48,641 bases of DNA from NCBI GenBank assembly GCA_030640805.1, contig DAOWIS010000004.1:1-48641 (forward strand), given 5' to 3'. A program made the translations under genes and the position numbers. The notes below the pieces were generated by a model. That model was given only the letters and a program-made list of their open reading frames with translations. It did no database searches and was not told the origin of the DNA. Source of the stretch: a bacterium (GTDB taxonomy: Bacteria; Patescibacteriota; Minisyncoccia; Minisyncoccales; DAOWIS01). Positions 41,841 to 48,641 of the stretch are shown one piece after another (position 1 is the first letter of the stretch; every line of letters starts with the position of its first letter).

Positions 41841-42338
41841 ATGATGGAAAGAGAGATTTTGACAAAGAGCGCTAAAGAGACAAAAAAATTAGGAGAGAAA
41901 TTAGCTAAAAGGATTCTACTTAGTTTTCCAAGCAAAAGAAAAAAAACAATGGTTATTGGTCTATTTGGTGACTTAGGAGGAGGAAAAACCACTTTTCTGC
42001 AAGGCTTTGCTAAAGGCTTAGGCATAAAAGAAAAAATTTTAAGCCCAACCTTTATTTTGATGAAAAAATTCCAAATCACAAAATTTAAATATTTTTACCA
42101 TTTCGACTGCTATAGGATAAAAGAGCCAAAAGAGATTTTAGATTTGGGCTGGGAGGAGATAATTTCCAATCCTCAGAATATTGTGGCAGTGGAGTGGGCA
42201 GACCGAATTGAGAAAATACTGCCAAAGGATACAATTTCAATTAATTTTGAGTTTATCGATGAGAATAGAAGGAAAATTACTATCAAAAATCCCAATTTCC
42301 CAAATCCGAATTCCGAACAAATTCCCAAATCCCAATGA
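41841..42338 (+). CDS. tsaE: tRNA t6A37 biosynthesis ATPase TsaE
   Basis: GDLGGGKTTF..G.AKGLGI....SPTF......Y......HFD.YR and VEWA are present. The low-complexity C-terminal tail (NPNFPNPNSEQIPKSQ) is built from repeat-like sequence. Confidence 0.85.
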   Translation: MMEREILTKSAKETKKLGEKLAKRILLSFPSKRKKTMVIGLFGDLGGGKTTFLQGFAKGLGIKEKILSPTFILMKKFQITKFKYFYHFDCYRIKEPKEILDLGWEEIISNPQNIVAVEWADRIEKILPKDTISINFEFIDENRRKITIKNPNFPNPNSEQIPKSQ

Positions 42339-42442
42339 TTAAACTTCAAGAATTACGCATTGGGACATTGCTTATTTATTCGGATTTCGAGCTTTGGGCT
42401 TCTGATTTTAAATAAATTTCCATTTTATGTTAAAATAAAGGT

Positions 42443-43339
42443 ATGGCAGAAGAGAAGAAGCGATTAATAATTATTGATGGTAATGCTTTGGTCCATCGGG
42501 CTTATCATGCTTTGCCTCGCTTGACTACTAAAAAAGGAGAATTAGTGAATGCAGTTTATGGGTTTTTGTTAGTTTTTTTAAAAGCCCTTAAAGAACTCCA
42601 GCCAAGTTATATAGTTGCTACTTTTGATTTGCCATCTCCCACTTTTCGTCACAAAAAGTATAAAGAATATAAAGCCAAAAGAATAAAAGCTCCAGAGGAA
42701 CTTTATCAACAGATTCCCAAAATAAAAAAAATTTTAAGGGCTTTTGGTGTTCCCATTTTTGAAAAAGAAGGATATGAAGCTGATGATCTTATCGGAACTA
42801 TATCTAGACAGGTTAGAAGAAAACAAGTTTTACCGGAAATTGAGACTATAATTTCGAGCGGAGATTTAGACACTCTTCAGTTGGTTAACTCTCACACAAA
42901 GGTTTATACTTTAAGAAAAGGAGTAAAAGATACGATTTTATATGGCCAGAAAGAAGTCAAAGAGAGATATCAGGGACTGACCCCAGAACAACTCCCTGAT
43001 TTTAAAGGATTAAAAGGGGACCCTTCTGATAATATTCCTGGCGTTACCGGAATAGGCGAGAAAACAGCCATTAAACTTATTAGAGAGTTTAACAGTTTAG
43101 AAAATCTTTATAGAGAACTTGAAGATCCTTTATCCAAAATCCCAGATTCAATAAAAACTAAACTTTTAAAATATAAAGATCAAGCTTTCTTTAGTAGAAT
43201 GTTAGTCCAGATAAAAATGGATGTGCCAATAGAATTTGTCTTAGAAGATAGTCGATTTGGGAAATACGATAAACAAAAAGTCATTCAAATTTTAGAAGAT
43301 TTAAACTTTTATAGTTTAATTAATCGTTTGCCGCAATAA
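42443..43339 (+). CDS. Stand-alone 5'-3' exonuclease (Pol I N-terminal/FEN-like domain)
   Basis: Motifs seen are IIDGNALVHRAYHALP, F.FD....TFRH..Y..YKA.R, EADD.IGT and G..GDPSDNIPGV.GIGEKTA..L. Confidence 0.85.
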   Translation: MAEEKKRLIIIDGNALVHRAYHALPRLTTKKGELVNAVYGFLLVFLKALKELQPSYIVATFDLPSPTFRHKKYKEYKAKRIKAPEELYQQIPKIKKILRAFGVPIFEKEGYEADDLIGTISRQVRRKQVLPEIETIISSGDLDTLQLVNSHTKVYTLRKGVKDTILYGQKEVKERYQGLTPEQLPDFKGLKGDPSDNIPGVTGIGEKTAIKLIREFNSLENLYRELEDPLSKIPDSIKTKLLKYKDQAFFSRMLVQIKMDVPIEFVLEDSRFGKYDKQKVIQILEDLNFYSLINRLPQ

Positions 43340-43351
43340 AATATTTAAAAA

Positions 43352-45112
43352 ATGAATGGGAAAAATCAAAAATTAAATTCCGACTCTCCATTGTTTTTAG
43401 AAGAGGAAGTCTCCGGCCTTAAACTACTTCTTGCAACCTATGAGATAGTTATTATCTCAGCTATTCTGTTTTATTTTTTTAATCCTTTTTACAATTATAA
43501 AATAATATCAATTGACTTAAATCAACTTAAAATATTATTCTTCTCTTCTGTAGGTCTAATAGTTTTAGTGTCATTATTAGCAAAATTTAGATCAGTTGTT
43601 CCTTTATTGAAATATTTAGCGGTAGCCGGAATTAGTTCTACTATCAGTTTGACTGCCTACTGGACAGGTTCTATCTGGATTTTCCTTGGTTATTTTTTAC
43701 TTTTGGTAGTTAGTAGTGTTTTTTTTGAATACAAAATTTGTTTACTGGCCGGATTTATTTCTTTATTTAGTCTAGGATTAGGTTTTTATTTTATTGATTT
43801 ATTCTGTCCTTCTAAAATTTTAATATTTTCAATTTTTTTATTCCTCTTCACGATTTTTATGGCTTTCTTCTCTGCGAGAGAGAAAAAAGCCATTAAGAAT
43901 TTAATGACAAAAGAGGGAAAGAGATTAAAAGAAACTACAGACATCTTATTAAAAAAAGAGGAAGAGCTGACCAAGACCTTTGAGAAAATGAAAATAGAAA
44001 AAGAGAGGGCAGAAAAAGCAAGAATAATTACTTTAAGTATTTTAGAAGAAGTGAAAATGACAAGAAATTTAGCCGAAGCAGAACGAAATCGAACCCAATC
44101 TATTATAGAAAATCTTATTGATGGGCTTTTGGTTTTTGATAAGAAATATAGAGTTTCTTCAATTAACCCTCAGGCCGAGAATTTTTTAGGAAAAAAATCT
44201 AAAGAGGTAGTGGGTAAATCTATTTGGGACATTAAAGCCTCTCCATATCTTAAGCCATTAATTGAACTTTTAGGTGGAGAAGAAATTAAAAAAATTTTTA
44301 GAAAAGAACTTCCCATTAGACCAGGCTTAATATTAGAAATAACTACAGCTCCTTTGTTAGAAAGAGAAAAAAAAGTAGGAACCCTGGTAATTCTTCATGA
44401 TATTACTCGTGAGAAACTGGTGGAAAGAATGAAAACAGACTTTGTTTCTCTTGCCGCTCATCAACTTCGGACCCCTTTATCGGCTATAAAATGGAGTTTA
44501 GATATGATTTTGGGAGGGGACTTAGGAAAGATCACCAAGGAGCAGAGGGAATTTTTAGAAAAAAGTTATCAATCTAACGAAAGAATGATAACATTAATTA
44601 ATGACCTTTTAAATATAACAAGAATTGAAGAAGGAAAATATCTTTATAAATTAAACGAAGAGTCAATAGAAGACTTAGCGGAAGAGACCTTAAAGAGTTT
44701 TCAACCATTAATTAAAGAGAAAAAAATAAAAGTTAATTTTAGAAAACCAGAAGTTAATCTACCGAAACTAAAAGTAGATAAAGAAAAAATTCAATTGGTT
44801 TTTCAGAATCTTCTTGATAATGCTATTCGTTATAGTCCTCCAAAAAGCAGAGTGACAATTTCTTTGGAATATGATAAAAATAATATAAAGGTAGTGGTAA
44901 GAGATACGGGCGTAGGAATTCCAAAAAATCAACAGGATAAAATATTCACAAGGTTTTTTAGAGGAAAGAATATAATGAAAATAGATACAGAAGGAACAGG
45001 ACTCGGGCTTTATATAACCAAAAATATAATTGAAGCTCATGGAGGTAAGATTTGGTTTGAATCAGAGGAAGGAAGAGGAACTACATTTTATTTCACATTA
45101 CCTGTTAAATAA
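43352..45112 (+). CDS. Membrane sensor histidine kinase (multi-TM, coiled coil, PAS-like, HisKA, HATPase_c)
   Basis: The H-box is FVSLAAHQLRTPLSAI, the N-box is QNLLDNAIRYSP, and the G-boxes are RDTGVGI and GTGLGLYI. Confidence 0.85.
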   Translation: MNGKNQKLNSDSPLFLEEEVSGLKLLLATYEIVIISAILFYFFNPFYNYKIISIDLNQLKILFFSSVGLIVLVSLLAKFRSVVPLLKYLAVAGISSTISLTAYWTGSIWIFLGYFLLLVVSSVFFEYKICLLAGFISLFSLGLGFYFIDLFCPSKILIFSIFLFLFTIFMAFFSAREKKAIKNLMTKEGKRLKETTDILLKKEEELTKTFEKMKIEKERAEKARIITLSILEEVKMTRNLAEAERNRTQSIIENLIDGLLVFDKKYRVSSINPQAENFLGKKSKEVVGKSIWDIKASPYLKPLIELLGGEEIKKIFRKELPIRPGLILEITTAPLLEREKKVGTLVILHDITREKLVERMKTDFVSLAAHQLRTPLSAIKWSLDMILGGDLGKITKEQREFLEKSYQSNERMITLINDLLNITRIEEGKYLYKLNEESIEDLAEETLKSFQPLIKEKKIKVNFRKPEVNLPKLKVDKEKIQLVFQNLLDNAIRYSPPKSRVTISLEYDKNNIKVVVRDTGVGIPKNQQDKIFTRFFRGKNIMKIDTEGTGLGLYITKNIIEAHGGKIWFESEEGRGTTFYFTLPVK

Positions 45113-45113
45113 C

Positions 45114-45144
45114 CATGAAACATGAAACATGAAACATGAAACAT
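45114..45144. repeat. Heptamer array (catgaaa x4 plus a partial copy) immediately 5' of the response-regulator gene
   Basis: Read directly in the sequence. The same unit is arrayed in the same sense upstream of the flippase gene at 21269-21296. Confidence 0.85.
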
Positions 45145-45172
45145 AGATTTCAAGTTTTGAGTTCCAAGTTTT

Positions 45173-45970
45173 ATGAAAAATATGAAAAAAATATTAATTA
45201 TTGAAGACGAAAAAATTTTATTAGAGGTTCTTCAAAAAAAGTTAAGTCGAGAAGGTTATGAAATTATAACTGCTAAAGATGGATTAGAAGGTTTAGAGAA
45301 AATAAGAGCAGAATCGCCGAATTTAGTTATTTTAGATATTGTTATACCTAAAATGGGAGGTTTTGAAGTAATAGAAAAAATGCGAGAAGAGCCCGATCTA
45401 AAATCTATACCTATTATTATTATCTCTAATTCTGGTCAGACGGTAGAAATTGAAAAAGCATTAAGATTAGGGGCAAAGGATTATTTAATAAAGACAGAAT
45501 TTGATCCCAAGGAGGTCATCGAGAAAGTAAAGAAACAAATTGGAGAAGAGAAAAAAGTGAGTGCAACTACTAATAAAAATGAGGGGGGAAAATTAAACAA
45601 AGATGGTCCCAAGATTCTAATTATAGAAGACGATCAATTTTTAAGAGGATTAATTACTCGAAAATTAGAAAAAGAAAAATATGTTATTTCAGAGGCCGTT
45701 GACGGAGAAGAGGGATTAAGAAAAATTAGAGAAGAGAAACCTGACTTGATTTTACTTGATCTTATTTTACCTTCTCTTGATGGATTCGAAGTTTTAAGAG
45801 AAGCAAAATCTGATCCGGAAGTTAAAGACATTCCGGTAATAGTTCTTTCTAATTTAGGTCAAAAAGAAGACGTTGATAGAGCATTTAGTTTAGGAGCGGT
45901 AGATTATTTAATTAAGGCTCATTTTACTCCTGAAGAGATTATTGAGAAAGTTAAGAAGGTTATTGGCTAA
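45173..45970 (+). CDS. Response regulator with two tandem receiver domains and no output domain
   Basis: Two REC units are present (ILIIEDE...VILDIVIPKMGG...IIISN...DYLIK and ILIIEDD...ILLDLILPSLDG...IVLSN...DYLIK). Both keep the acceptor Asp, the Ser and the Lys. Confidence 0.85.
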   Translation: MKNMKKILIIEDEKILLEVLQKKLSREGYEIITAKDGLEGLEKIRAESPNLVILDIVIPKMGGFEVIEKMREEPDLKSIPIIIISNSGQTVEIEKALRLGAKDYLIKTEFDPKEVIEKVKKQIGEEKKVSATTNKNEGGKLNKDGPKILIIEDDQFLRGLITRKLEKEKYVISEAVDGEEGLRKIREEKPDLILLDLILPSLDGFEVLREAKSDPEVKDIPVIVLSNLGQKEDVDRAFSLGAVDYLIKAHFTPEEIIEKVKKVIG

Positions 45971-45973
45971 ATT

Positions 45974-46846
45974 ATGCCTGAACTTCCGGAAGTAGAAACT
46001 ACAATTCAAGATTTGAAAAAAATTATCCTTGGTCGAAAGATCAAGGATATTTGGTCTGATTTTTCTAAAATAGTCAAAAAACCAAAAAGTTTTCAGCCTT
46101 TTAAAAAAAATATTATTGGTAAAAAAATAAAAAATATTAGGCGGCGAGGTAAAAATATAATTTTTGAACTCTCGGGAGATAAAAATTTATTAATCCACCA
46201 AAAATTAACTGGCCATCTATTGGTTGGAAACTGGAAATTAGTTAATGGTTGTTGGCAGTCCCAAAACAGGGGGCCGCTTCAAGAAAAAATAAATACTTAT
46301 ATTCATTTAATGTTTTACTTGGATAAAGGATTGATGCTTGCCCTTTCCGATTTAAGAAAATTTGCCAAAGTTGAAGCTTGGGAGGCTCAAGATTTTTGGC
46401 AATCAGAAGAAATTAAATCTCTGGGACCAGAACCCTTAGAAAAAAAATTTACTTTTCTAAAATTTAAAGAGATTCTTAAAAAAGCCCGAGGTAAAATAAA
46501 ACAGGTTTTGATGGACCAAAATGTAATTGCTGGTATTGGTAATATTTATTCTGATGAAATATTATTTGAAGCCGGAGTAAACCCATTTAAAGAGATTAAG
46601 CGATTAAGCGCTCAAGAAATTGAGAAAATTTATAAAGCAATTAAAAAGATTTTAAAAAAGGCAATTAAGCTAAGAGGAGAGAGTATTTCTGATTTCCGAG
46701 GCCCTAAAGGGGAAAGAGGATTTTATGACAAATATCGAAAGGTTTATCGCCAAACCAACAAGAATTGCTCTCGCTGCGGAGGAATTATAAAAAGAGCAAA
46801 AATCAGCGGTCGCTCCGTTCACTTCTGTCCTAAGTGCCAGAAATAG
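45974..46846 (+). CDS. mutM: Formamidopyrimidine-DNA glycosylase
   Basis: The N-terminus is MPELPEVET. H2TH is present (GIGNIYSDEILF.AG..P). The C-terminal zinc finger is CSRCGG.I......GR..HFCP.CQ. Confidence 0.9.
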   Translation: MPELPEVETTIQDLKKIILGRKIKDIWSDFSKIVKKPKSFQPFKKNIIGKKIKNIRRRGKNIIFELSGDKNLLIHQKLTGHLLVGNWKLVNGCWQSQNRGPLQEKINTYIHLMFYLDKGLMLALSDLRKFAKVEAWEAQDFWQSEEIKSLGPEPLEKKFTFLKFKEILKKARGKIKQVLMDQNVIAGIGNIYSDEILFEAGVNPFKEIKRLSAQEIEKIYKAIKKILKKAIKLRGESISDFRGPKGERGFYDKYRKVYRQTNKNCSRCGGIIKRAKISGRSVHFCPKCQK

Positions 46847-46928
46847 ATTAATTCTCTACGAATTACGAAAAGGTACAAATATACGAAAGATTGACTTTTT
46901 AATTTCTATTTGATAACCTAATTATAAC

Positions 46929-47330
46929 ATGTGGTGGAAATTTTACTTTTGGTTTTATATTGTACTGACTATCGTCTCTCTACTGTGGTTTTATGGATTA
47001 ACCGAAACAGTAACATTGGGCGATCTGCTTTCTATAATGATTAGTGTCTTGGCTGCAATAGGTTTATATGGTTATGTATTTAATAAGAAAACTTTTCCCT
47101 CTAAACTTTGGAAAATAATATTTTGGGTTCTTATTTTAGGTTTAGTATATGGAATTTTGTCATTTACCGCACTGAAAGACACTATTTCACTTCCAGAAAT
47201 TTTATATACTACCTTGCCTGAAATAAGTTTCGGAGGTTACTTGTTCGGAACTCTAATTACACTTCCAGCTTATTTCGCGATTTATAAGTTAGGCCAAGGA
47301 AAGACCTTAAGGAAAAAAGAAGAATCTTAA
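46929..47330 (+). CDS. Hypothetical membrane protein (4 TM segments)
   Basis: The call rests only on the ORF length and hydrophobicity pattern. Confidence 0.45.
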   Translation: MWWKFYFWFYIVLTIVSLLWFYGLTETVTLGDLLSIMISVLAAIGLYGYVFNKKTFPSKLWKIIFWVLILGLVYGILSFTALKDTISLPEILYTTLPEISFGGYLFGTLITLPAYFAIYKLGQGKTLRKKEES

Positions 47331-47410
47331 TCCTAAATTTCCATGGAAAATTTTGTTATCAAATTATCTTAAGAGATTTTGATGATAAGATTCTCCAAGG
47401 ATTTACAAAT

Positions 47411-48641
47411 ATGTCCAAAAAACAAACCAGAAAACTATTTGCTATTATCACTGGATTATTTTTAATAAGCCAAATGGCTTTTCTGGGCAGTTTTAATATC
47501 CCACAAGCCCAGGCAGCGGATACTACTCCGCCAGCAGCACCGACAAATGTTAAATTCACGGCTTTAGTAATAATTATTGATGTTGCTAGTATTCAGATTT
47601 CTTGGACTAACCCCACTGATTCAGATTTTTCTCACATTAATATTTATCGCTCTACGGTAAGTGGTCAATTAGGTTCCCTTATTTATACTAATATAACTAA
47701 TCCACCTAAAACTGATACTGAACTTAATGCCTATACTACTTATTACTATACGCTCCGTTCGGTAGATACTTCTGGCAATGAGTCTCAAAACACTGATCAA
47801 TCTAGTATTACTCCTTCAGAAGGATTAGAGGAAGAAGAGGAAGAAGAAGAGGAAGGCGTTGTTTCTCCTACTAAATCCACGCTTACTGCTTCTCCTATTG
47901 CAGTGGTGGCTGAAGGTTTTTCTCCTCATTCTATTCATAGTGATATGCATGCTAATCTAATAGTGGCTGTTAGAGATGAAAATAATAATCTTCTTAGTGG
48001 CAAGAGGGTAACTATTTCTTCTAGCCGGGGGTCTCAAGATAATATTATGACTATATCTTCTGCTTATTTCAGCGGAGAAGCAAAATTTTGGGTTCGTTCT
48101 TTAGTAGGTGGTGTTTCTACCTACACAGCCACAGTCGATGGGGTAACTATTACTCAAACTGCTCAAGTTACTTTCATTATTCCCGGTATTTGTCCGCCTG
48201 ATGGTACTCTAATTAGTCCTCCTAGTCCAGAAGTTTATGTAATCACTAATTGTAAAAAGAAATGGATTAAGACCATAGAAGAATTCCAGAAAGGAGGATA
48301 TAATTGGTCAGATGTTTTAGAAGTTGGCTCACCAGTGATTGAAGCTTTGGCTGATTATTTGGAAACAGCTGAACTTCTTAGAGCTATTGGCCATTACAAG
48401 GTTTATCGGATTATTGATGGAAAACAATTGTGGATTCCAACTATTTCAGCTTTTAATGCCCAAGGACTAAAATGGGAGGATATTCAGGAGGTTAGCCAAG
48501 CAGAAGTCAATCAATATCCCCGAGCTAAACTACTTCAAGCCACTGGCGATCCCAAGGTCTATTACATCACTGAATCAGGACTAAAAAGACATCTAATCAA
48601 TCCTCAAGTATTTACATCTTACAACAATAAATGGGAAGATA
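47411..48641 (+). CDS. Secreted multidomain surface protein (signal peptide, FN3-like, poly-Glu linker, Big/invasin-like Ig domain, three ~45-aa repeats); 3' end lies outside the window
   Basis: This ORF is not in the ORF track. I translated it by hand from the ATG at 47411 and found no stop to the window end. The signal peptide is ..FLGSFNIPQAQA|AD. FN3-like sequence is APTNVKF...ISWTNPTDSDFSHINIYRS. Ig-like sequence is STLTASP...ANLIVAVRDENNNLLSGKRVTISSS. Confidence 0.7.
   Translation, partial: MSKKQTRKLFAIITGLFLISQMAFLGSFNIPQAQAADTTPPAAPTNVKFTALVIIIDVASIQISWTNPTDSDFSHINIYRSTVSGQLGSLIYTNITNPPKTDTELNAYTTYYYTLRSVDTSGNESQNTDQSSITPSEGLEEEEEEEEEGVVSPTKSTLTASPIAVVAEGFSPHSIHSDMHANLIVAVRDENNNLLSGKRVTISSSRGSQDNIMTISSAYFSGEAKFWVRSLVGGVSTYTATVDGVTITQTAQVTFIIPGICPPDGTLISPPSPEVYVITNCKKKWIKTIEEFQKGGYNWSDVLEVGSPVIEALADYLETAELLRAIGHYKVYRIIDGKQLWIPTISAFNAQGLKWEDIQEVSQAEVNQYPRAKLLQATGDPKVYYITESGLKRHLINPQVFTSYNNKWED

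Noticed and set aside
41792-42079. ORF 41792..42079 (-), 95 aa
   Set aside because: It is antisense to tsaE, which has clear family motifs.
1062-45144. CRISPR array among the many short tandem repeats
   Set aside because: The repeat units are 7-10 nt and directly abutting, with no unique spacers of 25-40 nt. No cas genes are present in the window.
1947-47410. tRNA, rRNA, tmRNA, RNase P RNA or SRP RNA genes in the intergenic regions
   Set aside because: I scanned every spacer longer than 80 nt by eye for T-loop (GTTCGAATC-like) motifs, the SRP domain IV motif and rRNA-like conservation, and found none. A proper tRNAscan or Infernal run is still advisable.
47359-47559. ORF 47359..47559 (-), 66 aa
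   Set aside because: It is antisense to the 5' end of the much longer plus-strand secreted-protein gene starting at 47411, whose signal peptide and FN3 motifs are convincing.
1-48641. Alternative genetic code (reassigned TGA, TAG or TAA) as the explanation for the in-frame stops in dnaN and the lipoprotein gene
   Set aside because: All three stop codons end conserved genes at the expected lengths. TAA ends most genes, TAG ends dnaA and dnaN, and TGA ends rnpA, the 12688 gene and the 18283 gene. No conserved gene needs readthrough except at the two sites flagged.

Overview
This is a very AT-rich window (about one-third G+C by eye, not computed). It is gene-dense, and its gene content and style fit a reduced-genome, CPR/Patescibacteria-like bacterium. 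It spans the replication-origin neighbourhood: rpmH-rnpA-yidD-yidC-jag on the minus strand diverging from dnaA-dnaN-DUF721 on the plus strand. Housekeeping genes present are comM (partial), eno, rsmA, PBP1A, tyrS, ruvC, yebC, ruvB, tsaE, a 5'-3' exonuclease, mutM, and a histidine kinase with a double-receiver regulator.

Three accessory-looking regions stand out:
- 7253-16480 is a compact type IV secretion-like/pilus cluster. It has VirB6-like, PrgI/VirB3-like, VirB4-N-like and VirB4 genes, a VirB2-like pilin, a pilin fused to a domain with more than 30 cysteines, and an anchored beta-propeller. No relaxase or coupling protein is present in the window.
- 30559-34395 is an operon of three ATP-grasp amidoligases, one fused to a retropepsin-like DTG domain, plus a polytopic membrane protein.
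- Three loci carry small promoter-RBS-ORF-terminator cassettes next to 36-nt palindromes.

Other notable points:
- dnaN carries one in-frame TAA.
- A lipoprotein gene has an in-frame TAG followed by a 44-codon in-frame extension.
- rpmH and two small membrane-peptide ORFs are missing from the ORF track.
- Heptanucleotide tandem repeats pervade intergenic DNA and sit in-frame inside essential genes.
- Two related pairs of imperfect-palindromic spacers of about 135-150 bp recur between co-directional genes.

No rRNA, tRNA or CRISPR array was seen. All family assignments rest on motif recognition by eye, not on searches.
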